From an uncultured Verrucomicrobiae bacterium (GTDB lineage: Bacteria > Verrucomicrobiota > Verrucomicrobiia > Chthoniobacterales > UBA10450), in NCBI GenBank assembly GCA_963772365.1, contig CAVYXA010000006.1, forward strand, positions 61,054 through 125,053: a DNA stretch of 64,000 nucleotides, given 5' to 3'. The notes under the pieces are model-generated. The model had not been told where the DNA came from. It saw nothing but the letters and a program-made list of their open reading frames with translations, and made no database searches. Positions 1 to 11,018 of this stretch are shown in pieces; the first letter of the stretch is position 1, and each line of letters opens with the position of its first letter. A program made the position numbers and the translations under genes.

Positions 1-42
1 GACGAGGTGCTGTGAGCCGCGCTTATTTCCGATCAGTCCAAA

Positions 43-657
43 TCAGGACGACTTGTATTTGACTGAGCAGCCGTAGGGTCGTGTGGTCGGCTTGCTGATA
101 GGTTTGCCGGCCAACGATTCATCGAGAGCGGCCTTAACGTAATTAGTCGACGTGGGTATGTCGGCCGGGTTTGGCGTGGCCTTGCTATCAATCGCGCCTT
201 CGTAAACGATTTTTCCTTCCGGATTGATGATGACCATGTCAGGCGTGTTTTTAGCCCCATAAGCGCGGCCGACTTTGCCTTCGGGATCGAGCAGAAACGC
301 CGTCTGATGCGCATTCCAGCCAGTCACGATTTTTTCGGCTTGCTCCGCAGTCAGGTTACCCTGGGTTCCGGGGGCGTTGGAATCGACGGTGAGCCAGACA
401 ACTCCTTTGGTGGTAAATTCCTTTTGCAGGTTTTGCATGTTGCCGCTGCCGTAATGTTTCTTCACAAACGGGCATTCCGGATTGAACCATTCCAGCACGA
501 CGTATTTGCCCTTGTAATCAGCAAGCGAATGCTTCTGACCTTTGGCGTCAGACAATGTGAAAGCGGGCGCCGTGCTTCCGACTGGAGGAGCATCGGCAGC
601 TAGGAGAGTTGTGGCGATGAGTGAACTTGCAGTGATGAGGATCGATTTGGTTTTCAT
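43..657 (-). CDS. Exported thioredoxin-fold redoxin (AhpC/TSA family)
   Basis: Signal peptide; WFNPECPFV motif; AKNTPDM and YEGAID; C-terminal PYGCSVKY; overlaps the dsbD-like stop. Confidence 0.85.
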   Translation of the reverse strand: MKTKSILITASSLIATTLLAADAPPVGSTAPAFTLSDAKGQKHSLADYKGKYVVLEWFNPECPFVKKHYGSGNMQNLQKEFTTKGVVWLTVDSNAPGTQGNLTAEQAEKIVTGWNAHQTAFLLDPEGKVGRAYGAKNTPDMVIINPEGKIVYEGAIDSKATPNPADIPTSTNYVKAALDESLAGKPISKPTTRPYGCSVKYKSS

Positions 658-2810
658 GGTTTGTTTACTATTGAACGAATGGCAACGCTCGGGGAAATGG
701 TTTCGAGTTTCTCTAAAATCATATGTTTAGTCAGCAACTCTGGAAAAACAATTGGTTCAGCCGACGAAGCCGGATAAAGCACATAAAGTGGGACACCTGG
801 GCGGCCGAATCGTTGCAATAATTTTGTGATCGCAGGGTCGCCGTTAGTCCAGTCGGCGACCAGCTTCGTCACTCCGTGGCGGGAAAACGCTTCGCGGACT
901 TCGGCGCTATTGAGCACCGTTTTCTCATTGAACTTGCAAGTGATGCACCAGGCGGCAGTAAAATCGACAAACACCGGGTGACCTTGCGCCAGCTCGGCCG
1001 CGACGCGGGATTCGATGTTGCCGGCGGCGGATCCTGATCTTGCAACTGATACCGATCGGAATTTTTCTCCGATAAAATAGGCGCCGCTACCGAGTACGAG
1101 CACGAGCATGAGCACAAAGACAAAGATCCGGTTTCCAATGGATGCTGTCGGCACGAGAAACACACCTTTCATCCAGCATGCGATGCCGAGCACGAGCAGA
1201 AAACTGGCGGCCCAGATCAATGCTTCATAGCCGCGTTGTGCGCCGATCACATAAAGGAGAAAGAGAAGCGTCGCGAGCAAAAGAAAGCCCATGAGTTGTT
1301 TCACACGTTCCATCCACGCGCCGGGTTTGGGTAGAAATCGTAGCCAGGCCGGATGCGCACTTAGTGCGAGATAGGGGAGACTCATTCCTGCAGCGATCGC
1401 GACAAACATCGCAAAGATGATCAGAGGCGATTGGGTGAAGGCGAAACCGAGAGCCGTGCCGAGAAAGGGGGCAGTGCAAGGCGTCGCTAAAACTGTCGCG
1501 AACACGCCGTGAAAAAACGAGCCAGCATCACCTTCCCGCGCCACTGATCCGACCAAACGCGTCGCGGTTTCTGGCGGATTAATTTCAAACACGCCCAATA
1601 GGTTGAGCGCAAAGACCGTGACCAGCGCGCTTAGAGCCAACACAAAGTACGGATTGGTGAATTGCAACGCCCACGTGATCTGATGTCCGGCGGCTTTCAG
1701 CGCAATCAACAGCACTGCGAGCCCGATAAACCAGGCAAAAATTCCTGCAACAAACAGGGCCCCATTCCGGAAAATGTGACGTCGATGTTGGCCGGCTTGC
1801 TTGACGAACCCAAAAATCTTGAGCGAAATCACGGGCAAGACGCATGGCATCAAATTCAAAATGATCCCGCCCAGGAACCCGAAGAAAAGGTAAGTGGCAA
1901 GGCCGCGGGACGCTGTCGAAATGCCTGTCCCAGCGGCGCGAAAATTTTCCTCGGCAGCCGGTTGTTTGGTTGAGACAACCGCCGCTGCGCCTCCTTGGAA
2001 GTACCAGCCTGTGCGATTTGGATCGGTCGCGCTCGCGCCAGCCACAATCAAACCGTGCAACTCAGTCGGCGGTTTGTTCTCGAACGGAATCTTAAACGTG
2101 ACTTGATCATCTGTGCGCGATTCGATGCTTGCGTGGCCCACCACCGTGTTTTCCAGCGGCAACGGATAAAGATCGACGAACGAATAGCCGGCGAGCCCAC
2201 TGTGCTGGAAACCAAATGAGATCGCGGAAGCGGCGCGGTCCCAATTCTCGATCTTACCCGTGGTCTGCGGCAGCAATTTGCGATATCGCGAAAATAGCTC
2301 GGTGTTCGCCGGCTGAGTCGACGCGGCAGTCGGTAATTTCAACTCGAGTTTTGCGCTGCCAGGAACACAGATTTTTTCGCAGACGAGCCAGTCAGCGTCG
2401 GCCGCAAGTCTGACGGTGGAATCGGAAATCGCAGCTGGCGGCGTGATTTCTTGGATGAGTAGAACTTCATCGCTGTAGCCGTAGGTGACGATGTCGCCCG
2501 GATCTTTGAGCTTGAGCGGAATAGGCCATTGAATGTCGCCGATTTTCCAGCCTGGCGGTAATTTCCATTTGATCTCGGTCGGCAATCCTGCGTCGCCGGA
2601 AAACTTCCAATAGGTGTGCCAGCCCGGCGCCATGCGCAGCAGAAGACCGACGCTGAATGGTTTCCCAGGAACGACGCCGTTTGTATCCGACAGCAACGTC
2701 GCGTTAACCAGTTTCTTGCCCTCATAGGTTTGACCGCTCGTCAACAGGGTCGCTCCGAGGACCGACAACAGAAATATGCCGATAAAAAGAACGAATCGGC
2801 TAGTTTTCAT
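654..2810 (-). CDS. dsbD: Thiol:disulfide interchange protein DsbD-like (N-terminal domain, CcdA-type TM domain, thioredoxin)
   Basis: GWHTYWK...G, WLVCEKICVP, LNLMPCVLPV, ATPCTAPF, FTAAWCITC; start taken at MKTSRF. Confidence 0.88.
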   Translation of the reverse strand: MKTSRFVLFIGIFLLSVLGATLLTSGQTYEGKKLVNATLLSDTNGVVPGKPFSVGLLLRMAPGWHTYWKFSGDAGLPTEIKWKLPPGWKIGDIQWPIPLKLKDPGDIVTYGYSDEVLLIQEITPPAAISDSTVRLAADADWLVCEKICVPGSAKLELKLPTAASTQPANTELFSRYRKLLPQTTGKIENWDRAASAISFGFQHSGLAGYSFVDLYPLPLENTVVGHASIESRTDDQVTFKIPFENKPPTELHGLIVAGASATDPNRTGWYFQGGAAAVVSTKQPAAEENFRAAGTGISTASRGLATYLFFGFLGGIILNLMPCVLPVISLKIFGFVKQAGQHRRHIFRNGALFVAGIFAWFIGLAVLLIALKAAGHQITWALQFTNPYFVLALSALVTVFALNLLGVFEINPPETATRLVGSVAREGDAGSFFHGVFATVLATPCTAPFLGTALGFAFTQSPLIIFAMFVAIAAGMSLPYLALSAHPAWLRFLPKPGAWMERVKQLMGFLLLATLLFLLYVIGAQRGYEALIWAASFLLVLGIACWMKGVFLVPTASIGNRIFVFVLMLVLVLGSGAYFIGEKFRSVSVARSGSAAGNIESRVAAELAQGHPVFVDFTAAWCITCKFNEKTVLNSAEVREAFSRHGVTKLVADWTNGDPAITKLLQRFGRPGVPLYVLYPASSAEPIVFPELLTKHMILEKLETISPSVAIRSIVNKP

Positions 2811-2927
2811 TCCAGTAATTAACATCAAGCCAGAGTTGCAGCAATTGCGCCCGGCACGCCGCATTGACTAAAGAAGAGCGAGACTATGCAAAATCCCGCG
2901 TGAAGAGTGGCTAAAGCTTGGGACTGC

Positions 2928-3497
2928 CTACGGCGTGTTCTTTCGAAGCGTTTCTAACTTCGCTCGAATTGCCGATTTAAAATCCGCGAGGGACATCCCA
3001 GTTCCTGAAGTGGTGGGTTGTTCAGCCCGTCCGATCTGTGCCAGATCGACAACCGGCTTCCCGTCGTTTGTTCGGATGACTTCCTGCCCCGCCTGATCAT
3101 GTTGCACACGAAAACGGCCATGCATGATGCCGACCAGCGGAATGAATTGGCTACCGTTATTTTGCACGAAAACAACGTCTTGACCGCCAACGGCGAACTT
3201 GGGAGCATCGGCCACTTCCATCGTTTTGCCATCGACAGTTCCACCCAGCATCCGGATGGCGTACGATTGGCCCGGTATCCCCTTAACTGCGTCTTCCACC
3301 CTGAAAGTTACATACGTCACGATAGTTCGTTGGGCGCCTTCACCGATCCATTGCGATTTGACGTTGGTAACTCGGCCTTGAAAGATGACGTCCGCCTCGT
3401 TAACGAGCTCGTCAAAACTCGGCGGAATCACGGTTGTCGCGCGATTGGCAATCAATGCCGGAAACAACAAAGCGATGCACAGGAGAGTTCTTTTCAT
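2928..3497 (-). CDS. Secreted hypothetical protein (companion of the metalloprotease gene)
   Basis: Signal peptide; TTVIPPSFDELVNEADVIFQGRV; GGTVDG motif. Confidence 0.7.
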   Translation of the reverse strand: MKRTLLCIALLFPALIANRATTVIPPSFDELVNEADVIFQGRVTNVKSQWIGEGAQRTIVTYVTFRVEDAVKGIPGQSYAIRMLGGTVDGKTMEVADAPKFAVGGQDVVFVQNNGSQFIPLVGIMHGRFRVQHDQAGQEVIRTNDGKPVVDLAQIGRAEQPTTSGTGMSLADFKSAIRAKLETLRKNTP

Positions 3498-5191
3498 GAG
3501 GACTGGTAAATTGTCGATGGTACTAAATAATCGCGATCAGTAGTTTCCTGGTTTTCCGTTCCATGGTGCAATCTGCCGACCTGACATCTTGCAGCCGTTT
3601 CTCTCGCAACGGAAAATCGCTCAGCTTGCGCAACGAAACAGTCACCACCCCGAAAAGGAAGCGTTACTGCGGAAGGAAAACGCCAAACCGGAAAGATCTC
3701 TGTCAAAAACAAACCTGTTAGTCGAGCTGCGGCGGGATCGACAACGCCATGGCGTGCCAAGGTCCAGCCGGATACCACCGTTGGACCCCACGCGCTACCG
3801 ATAAAGACACGGTTGTTCAGATACCAGATCGCTGTCCCTCGGGTGCTTGGATTGTAGAGCAGGTAATCAGGTTTATCGTCGCCATTAAAATCGGCCACTC
3901 CTTTCAGCAGGTAACCGCTGGCGATCGTACAACCATATGCGCTGCGAAGATAGGTTACCCCCGACAAATACCAGATCGCGGTCTGTCTGGTGCTGCTGTT
4001 AACCAGCAGGTAATCTGGATTACCGTCTTGATCGAAGTCGGCCACGTTCACAAGGCTCCACCCGGCTACGGCGGTTGGGCCCCACGCGCTACCGATAAAG
4101 ACATTGTTGTTCAAGTACCAGATCGCTGTCCATCGGGTGCTGGAGTTGTACAGGATATAATCTGGATGATTGTCGTGATTGATATCGCTCACGGCCGCCA
4201 ATACGTAGCCGCTGGGCAGAGTTGGCCCGTAGGCAGTGCTGATGACCGCACTGTTTTCCAAGTACCAGATCGCCGTACGACGGGTGGCGGGATTAAAGAG
4301 CAGATAATCTGGCCAGCCGTCGCCATTGAAATCGGCCACATTGATGATGTTCCAGCCGTAGGGAACATCGGTTCCATACGCACTTCCCGCATACGCACTG
4401 TTGTTCAGATACCAGATCGCGCTCTGACGCGTGCTGCCGTTGTAAAGGAGCAAATCCGGATGACCGTCCCGATTAAAATCTGCAAGCGCTAGAGAGGTTG
4501 AAATCGGCATTGGCAGCGGCGTCGGCCCCGGCGTAGCTGTCGGAGTCGGCAATGGCGCCCCGTACAAAAAATTGCGCACCCGAAATGTCGTCGCTGGCCA
4601 GTGTCTCGCGATTACTAGTTTCGGAATTCATGATTGCATCGACGTGCTGTCCGTGGTCGTCGGGATGATCGAGACCGATCGCGTGCCCAAGTTCATGCAG
4701 CAAAATTCGCCGGATGTCGCCGATTGCATATCCGCCATTGCCGTAACGCAGCGGCCCACGATAGGAATCAAACTGTTGATGCTCATTAAAAAGAACATCG
4801 GCCTCGGTCATCGTCGATCCCGAGTACAGATCTCGGTCACGGCCAGAGTATGGGGCCCGAAACTTTGACCAAAAACTGTGCTGGCGAAAACAACCGAGTT
4901 GATTCCGTCTCCCGATGATACGCCAGTAGTCGGGCTCCTTGAAGTCAACTGGGCCCGCTGAATCACTCGGTTCCACATGCCCAAAGCGGGCGCAGCAGCC
5001 GTGTCCCAGGATGTGTTGCCATCAATGAGCACCCTTCCAGCACTACCGAGACCGAGCTCGAAAATGACGGTCGAGCTATTCGGCCAGTGGGGCCCTTCCA
5101 AGGCGTAGGAGAGAAGAGAGAGCGGAATGAGCGAGAGCGCTCCGGCAATCATCGTGCTGGCCAGCATTATGAGAGCTCTTTTGTGAGTCAT
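3494..5191 (-). CDS. Matrixin (M10-like) metalloprotease with C-terminal FG-GAP/VCBS repeats; split by two frameshifts
   Basis: HELGHAIGLDH zinc motif plus AIMN Met-turn, PTPTATP linker and five ADFNxDGxPD repeats across ORFs 4808-5290, 4473-4976 and 3494-4579; the true 3' end may be near 3750. Confidence 0.75.
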
Positions 5192-5388
5192 GATCGCAAA
5201 AATGGGGTTGCTTGCATGCCGGGGAAGGAGTGCGTGAAAAACATAAAGCACGAACCGTACTGGGCTGTTTCTTTGCCACGCTTTTCCCAAAAAAACTACC
5301 GCCGCAATTCAAGCACGGGTCGCCCTGCTCCGCAAACATCTTTCAAGGCGTTTTCGTACGATATCTCTCAAACCGTTTGGATTTGAAG

Positions 5389-5955
5389 CTACGGAACGAT
5401 GAAAATTTTGTCAGTCCATGGATCTTTCACTCTGCTGCCCGGTGTATAGCCGCTGACATCGACATATCGCTTCTTGGGATCGAACGGACTGATGACGTAG
5501 CCGGGTTTGTCCGGGACTCGCGTCGCCGTGGGAAATTGTCCCTGGGGATGCGATTTCGCTGCTTGATCGTCGGACGTTTTTGGCTGGCTCTTCGTTCCGG
5601 TTGCTTCGACATACGAACGTGTCGGCACTGGTGTTGTCGGCGCTCGGGACACACTTGTTGCCGCGAGCCGGCGCTGTTTGGGATGAGATGATATTTTTGC
5701 TGGGCTCGGCAAAGGAGTTGCCGCCGCTAACGGTGTGGTGATGCGCGTCGTTCGCGTCACAGTGGTCGTGGTGTGCGTCACGACTCGTGTTCCCGGTGCA
5801 GGGCGATCGGTATGTTGCCGAATCATCCTCACCGGGGCGGTTACTGCGTGATAAGAAGTGGAAGCGACTCCGCGCATGATTCCGCACCCTTCCATCGTCG
5901 TAATGATGAAAATGGACGCAATTCCAAGTATGAAATGACCGAAGCTCCGTTTCAT
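5389..5955 (-). CDS. Probable lipoprotein with Thr/Pro-rich linker and small C-terminal domain
   Basis: Hydrophobic N-terminus ending MEGC; low-complexity middle; PGYVISPF...DVSGYTPGSRVKDPWTDKIFIVP. Confidence 0.65.
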   Translation of the reverse strand: MKRSFGHFILGIASIFIITTMEGCGIMRGVASTSYHAVTAPVRMIRQHTDRPAPGTRVVTHTTTTVTRTTRITTPLAAATPLPSPAKISSHPKQRRLAATSVSRAPTTPVPTRSYVEATGTKSQPKTSDDQAAKSHPQGQFPTATRVPDKPGYVISPFDPKKRYVDVSGYTPGSRVKDPWTDKIFIVP

Positions 5956-6028
5956 TCGGCTGCTCCTTATACAACGTCCTCCCGCACAAGCAACTCACAT
6001 AATACCCTGTTTTTCCGTCATTATGAGC

Positions 6029-7072
6029 TTAGCCAATGAGCGCTGTGAGGTCTGTCACAAACTCGGAAATTTCCTCGTCAGTCGTCGCCCAGGAGCACAT
6101 CAGCCGATAGATGTTTGGCTCCCCGAATTTATAAAAATGCCAGCCGCGCGTTTGAAGATTCTGCGCAAGTTTCTCTGGCAGCCGCAGGAAAACGGAATTC
6201 GCATCAACTGGGAACACGCTGCCGATCTTCGCTTGAGATCGCAACTCCCCAGCCAATCTACGAGCAGCCTCGTTCGCACGACGCGCGTTCCGCAGCCAAA
6301 GATTATCATTGAGCAGAGCGACCCATGGCGCAGCCAGGAAACGCATTTTCGATCCCAGTTGGCCACCTTGTTTCAGCCTGTAATCAAACTCGCGGGAAAG
6401 CTCGTTATAAAAAAAAATGACAAGCTCGCCGGAAGCCAATCCATTTTTCGTGCCGCCAAAACAGAGAACATCTACACCACTCTGCCAGCTGATCTCTTTT
6501 GGCGTACAGCCCAGCGAAGCGACCGCATTGGAAAAACGTGCCCCGTCCATGTGAAGCAGAAGCGATCGGCTGGATGCGAACTCGTGCAGCGTGCGAATTT
6601 CTTCGGGAGTGTAGACGGTGCCCAGCTCGGTCGCCTGGGTGATACTGAGGACACGCGGCTTCGGTGCGTGCAGTTCGGGTTGGCTCGTGATTGCCGCCTC
6701 AGCTGCGCCGATGTCGATCTTGCCATTCGCACCGCCTGTCAATAAGAGCTTCGATCCGGAAAAAAATTCCGGTGCACCGCACTCGTCTGTTTGGATATGT
6801 GCGCGTTCGTGGCACACAATGCTCTGAAATGGCTGGCAAAGATGGGCCAGGCTGAGCGCGTTGGCGGCTGTTCCATTGAAAGCGAGAAAGACCTGGCACT
6901 CCGTTTCGAAAATATCACGAACACGCCGCCTCAACTGTTTTGTCCATTCGTCCTCGCCGTACGAAGGCGCTTCTCCGATGTTCGCTTCCTGAAGAGCAGC
7001 CAATGCTTCCGGACAGAACGGGGCTGTATTATCGCTGGCAAATTGATGGTGCGGCGCAGCTAAGCTCATCAC
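6029..7072 (-). CDS. ltaE: Low-specificity L-threonine aldolase
   Basis: FASDN, SYGED, NGTAAN, HMDGARF, FGGTKNG (PLP lysine). Confidence 0.9.
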   Translation of the reverse strand: MMSLAAPHHQFASDNTAPFCPEALAALQEANIGEAPSYGEDEWTKQLRRRVRDIFETECQVFLAFNGTAANALSLAHLCQPFQSIVCHERAHIQTDECGAPEFFSGSKLLLTGGANGKIDIGAAEAAITSQPELHAPKPRVLSITQATELGTVYTPEEIRTLHEFASSRSLLLHMDGARFSNAVASLGCTPKEISWQSGVDVLCFGGTKNGLASGELVIFFYNELSREFDYRLKQGGQLGSKMRFLAAPWVALLNDNLWLRNARRANEAARRLAGELRSQAKIGSVFPVDANSVFLRLPEKLAQNLQTRGWHFYKFGEPNIYRLMCSWATTDEEISEFVTDLTALIG

Positions 7073-7116
7073 CCTGTTTGCTACGCGCTGTTCCGTCCCG
7101 GTGCAATCCGAAACAA

Positions 7117-7166
7117 ATTTGCCTAACGGACCCGAGCCCTGGGCCTGCGAGGTCCGCCAGGCAAAT
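7117..7166 (-). terminator. Stem-loop followed by a U-rich tail downstream of the halogenase pair
   Basis: Minus-strand RNA AUUUGCCUGGCGGACC pairs with GGUCCGUUAGGCAAAU (16 bp, two G-U pairs that form only on this strand), then UUGUUUC. Confidence 0.55.
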
Positions 7167-7334
7167 AACCTCAGTTACTTATCCACTCTTCTCGCCCGAA
7201 TCACGCGAAGGAGAATTGTGTCACGCTCTTTCCGTGTGTTCCTAAGGTTCATTCTGGATTCGAATCCCAACCAGCGGTTGAGCCTATGTCGGAACAAAAA
7301 AATGCGAGACTGCGAACAGGCGCATCATGGCGGG

Positions 7335-9131
7335 TCAAACCATATGGGCGCCGTCGGGTTCGTCGATCCTCGAGCGCACGATGCCACTGCGCCCAGAGCG
7401 CCGCAGGGCCTCGTTATCCTCGCGACTCGACCGAATGTGGCTAACTTCGGCAATGCGCAGAGTCGGATATTGACTATCGATCTTTCGTTCGATCCACCCT
7501 TCGTGGGCCATCACTTCCAGGGTTTGGAGAAGTCCTGCCCGGAGAAAATCGGCGTTCTCCTGATCGTTTGGAGAGACGCGCGCGATTTTCTTCTCGATCG
7601 CCGCGACCATATCCGCAAGCGCCGAAGCCTGACGCAGCACCTCAATTACGATCGCGAAGTTACCTGCAACCGGCAGGCGGCGACCGTCACGAACATAGCA
7701 CGGAACTGCATGAATCCGTCCGTGACTTAGAAGTCCGACGCGCTCGGTTCTTGCGCCGCGCAGATCGAGTTTAAACACGTTGTAGCCGTCCACGAGCCAG
7801 GATGCTTTGCGTTTTTTGGGATCGAATAGCTCGATCACTTTTTTGGTTGAAGCGGGATCGAACGTGCCGGCCATCGCGATCGTGTCCGATTCAGTAGCGA
7901 ATCCGCCCAAGCCCAGCCATGTCCAGGCGTTTTCCGGATCGAGATTGAGACCAGCGTCACGGGCGATTCGGGCACAATGATCTTTTAGATCCGTAAAGCA
8001 GCTGTTAGCTGCGTACCAGTATTGGGCGAATTGAATATGCTGACGGATAGTGCCGCGCTGGCGCTGATCGTAACGTTGGCGTAACCAAGTAGGGTTGTGT
8101 TCGCCGCGGCGAAGTTCAAGAATTGTATAAGCGGCGTCGCGAGCGGATTCATGCGCCAGCGTCATCCCGGCCGAGAGAATTGGATCCGCGAAACCGGCCG
8201 CTTCACCGCACAGGAACCAGTTTTCACCCACCGCGCGGTCAGCCAGGTGCGACCAGTCACGGCAAGTAGTGAGGCGGCCTTCGGCTCGAGCATGGCGCAG
8301 CAGGTTCCAAATCTGGGGCTGACGCTGAAGAGACTGATGATACAGCTCTTCGCTCGTTAGGCCAGTCTCCTTGTAATATTCGGCTGGCCAGACGACGCCG
8401 ATACTCGTTCGGTCAGCTCCAATCGGGATAAACCAAATCCAGCCATAGGGAAGACTGCGCACCTGAATACGCGTGGCGCCGCCTTCCACTTCCACTGCCC
8501 AGTCGGCGCCCCGCCAGTAATCCCAGATCGCGATATTGCGCAATTCCAGATTTGGATCGATCCCGATTCCCAGCGCGCGGCGGAACAGGGCCATTGTTCC
8601 CGAGCCATCGATGTAATACTGCGCGGTTACGATTTCCCCGCTGCTAAGCTTCAGCCCTTCGATCCGGTCGCCGTTTACCAGCACTTCATCAACTCGGACG
8701 CCTTGCCGCACTTCGGCTCCACGCGATTGCGCATGGTCCAGGAGGATCTTGTCATATCGCGAGCGGTCGACTTGGAACGCTGTCGATCTTCGCTGGCCCT
8801 CGAATTTTGCCGGCCGCGGTTCGGGCTGCCATTTTTCGATAGGATAAAAATTCAAATCCCAGCGATCACAGTCGCGACCCCAGGTATAAGAAGCTCCGAT
8901 CTTGATCGGAAAATTAGCGGCTTCGACCGCATCCCAAACTTCCATTTCCTCGAGAATCAAACAGATCGGCAGAAGCATGCTTTCGCCGATGTGATCTCGC
9001 GGGAAAACTTCCTTTTCCAAAAGGAGAACGCGCAGGTCAGGCGAATACTTTTTCAGCAGTATCGCGGCGGTGCTGCCGGCCGGGCCACCGCCGACGATTG
9101 CAACATCATATCCACCATCACTCGAATGCAT
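7335..9131 (-). CDS. Flavin-dependent halogenase-like oxidoreductase, copy 1
   Basis: GGGPAG, FPRDHIGES, FPIKIG (candidate catalytic Lys), GWIWFIP, GEAAGFADPILSAG; about 200-aa C-terminal extension. Confidence 0.8.
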   Translation of the reverse strand: MHSSDGGYDVAIVGGGPAGSTAAILLKKYSPDLRVLLLEKEVFPRDHIGESMLLPICLILEEMEVWDAVEAANFPIKIGASYTWGRDCDRWDLNFYPIEKWQPEPRPAKFEGQRRSTAFQVDRSRYDKILLDHAQSRGAEVRQGVRVDEVLVNGDRIEGLKLSSGEIVTAQYYIDGSGTMALFRRALGIGIDPNLELRNIAIWDYWRGADWAVEVEGGATRIQVRSLPYGWIWFIPIGADRTSIGVVWPAEYYKETGLTSEELYHQSLQRQPQIWNLLRHARAEGRLTTCRDWSHLADRAVGENWFLCGEAAGFADPILSAGMTLAHESARDAAYTILELRRGEHNPTWLRQRYDQRQRGTIRQHIQFAQYWYAANSCFTDLKDHCARIARDAGLNLDPENAWTWLGLGGFATESDTIAMAGTFDPASTKKVIELFDPKKRKASWLVDGYNVFKLDLRGARTERVGLLSHGRIHAVPCYVRDGRRLPVAGNFAIVIEVLRQASALADMVAAIEKKIARVSPNDQENADFLRAGLLQTLEVMAHEGWIERKIDSQYPTLRIAEVSHIRSSREDNEALRRSGRSGIVRSRIDEPDGAHMV

Positions 9132-9167
9132 AACAAATCCGCTAAAGCGTGACCATGTTTCCGGCCG

Positions 9168-10962
9168 TCACGCTTGCGCGCTTTCCTCGTCGATCCTCGA
9201 CCGCATGATGCTGCTACGGCCTACCCGCCGCAGGGCCTCGTTAGCGTCGCGGCTCAGGCGGATCTGCTGGACCTCGTTACCGACCCGCAAAGCTGGACGG
9301 CTGCCGTTACATTTTCGCTCGACCCAACCGTCCTGGGCCATCACTTCCAAGACCTGAAGATGTTGCGATCGCAGGAATTCACGGTTCTTCGGATCGGTGG
9401 CAGGAATATCGCCCAGAGTTTTGTCGATCAGACTCATCATTGTAGCAAAATCGGAGGTCTGCCGAAGCACTTCGATCATGCGCGCATAGAATCCGGCTAC
9501 TGGCAGACGTCTACCATTGCGGACGTAGCAGGGAACCGCGTGGATACGTCCGTGGCTGAGGATGCCAACGCGCTCTGTTTCGGCCCCACGTAAATCGAGT
9601 TTGAACACATTCTGCCTGTCGATCAGCCAAGTTGCCTTGCGTTGTTGGGTATCGAACAGTTCCAACAGTTTTTTGGCCGAAGCCGGATCGAGAGTGGCGG
9701 CCGATGCGATCATTTCCGATTCGCTGGTAAATCCACCCTGGCTCAGCCAGACCCAGGCTTGTTGCGGCTCGAGATTCAGACCAGCGTCGCGGGCGATATT
9801 CGCACAATGCTCCTTGAGTTCCGTGAAACAACTATTGGCCGCGTACCAGTACCTGGGCGAACTGAATGTGCTGCCGGATCGCGGAGCGCTGTTTTTGGCC
9901 GAAGCGTTGGCGAAGCCAGTCCACTTCATGCTCGCCGCGTCGGTATTCCAAGATCGTATAAGCGGCGTCTCGGGCTGACTGGTGAGCCAGGGTCATTCCG
10001 GCTGAAAGAATCGGATCTGCAAACCCAGCTGCCTCTCCGCAGAGAAACCAGTTCTCGCCAATCACACGATCCGCCAGGTGCGACCAATCGCGGCAGGTAG
10101 TAACCTGGCTCTCCGGTTTCGCATGGCGTAACAATTTCCAAATATCAGGCTGTCGCTGGAGCGACTTATGGTACAACTCCTCGGCGCTGAGGCCCGCATC
10201 TTTGTAATATTCAGCCGGGCAGACGAGCCCGACGCTGGTTCGGTTCGAACCGAGAGGAATGAACCAAATCCAGCCGTAAGGCAAACTGCGAATCTGGATG
10301 CGCGTTACGCCGCTGCCGATCTCCACAGCCCACTCGGCATCGGACCAGTAGTCCCAGACTGCGATGTTGCGTAACTCCAGCTTTGCATCGATCCCGATAT
10401 TCAAAGCGCGTCGGAACAGCGCCACCGTGCCGGACGCGTCGATGTAATACTGTGCGACGACAGTCTCGCCGCTATTTAACTTCAGTCCCTCGATGCTGTC
10501 TCCACTAACGAGTACCTCGTCAACGCGCACGCCTTGTTTCACCTCGGCTCCGCTGGCCCGGGCGTGCTCAAGAAGGATTTTGTCGTACTTTGAACGATCC
10601 ACCTGAAAGGCGGTTTGGCGGCGTTGCCCTTCAAACTTTGCCGGGCGCGGTTCGTCGCGCCATTTTTCAACCGGGTAAAAATCGAAGTCCCAACGATCAT
10701 TGTTGCGACCCCACGTGTAAGAGGCGCCGATTTTGATGGGAAAGTCCGCTTCCTCGACCGCATCCCATACTTCCATTTCATCCAGGATCGGGCAGATCGG
10801 CGGCAGCATGCTCTCGCCGATGTGGTCGCGCGGAAAGGTTTCCTTTTCCAACACCAAGACGCGCAATTCTGGTGCGTATTTTTTCAAGAGCGTAGCAGCG
10901 GTGCTGCCGGCCGGTCCGCCACCGACGATCGCGACATCGTAGTTCCCGTTATCCGATGCCAT
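9168..10962 (-). CDS. Flavin-dependent halogenase-like oxidoreductase, copy 2 (one +1 frameshift near 9852)
   Basis: Collinear paralog of 7335-9131 with the same motifs; one extra G in CAG-G-TAC interrupts QFAQYWYAAN. Confidence 0.8.
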
Positions 10963-11018
10963 GGTGGGTTCCGAGCATACGCCAAATCGGTAAGACGTTA
11001 AATTGCTAAGTTGTCCGG

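Noticed and set aside
7117..7166. Integron attC site (GCCTAAC start)
   Set aside because: Too short, the right end is GCCAGGC rather than GTTRRRY, and minus-strand G-U pairing with a U tail fits a terminator better
7101..7730. Numerous antisense and overlapping ORFs such as this 209-aa one
   Set aside because: Shadow ORFs of GC-rich coding DNA with no recognisable motifs
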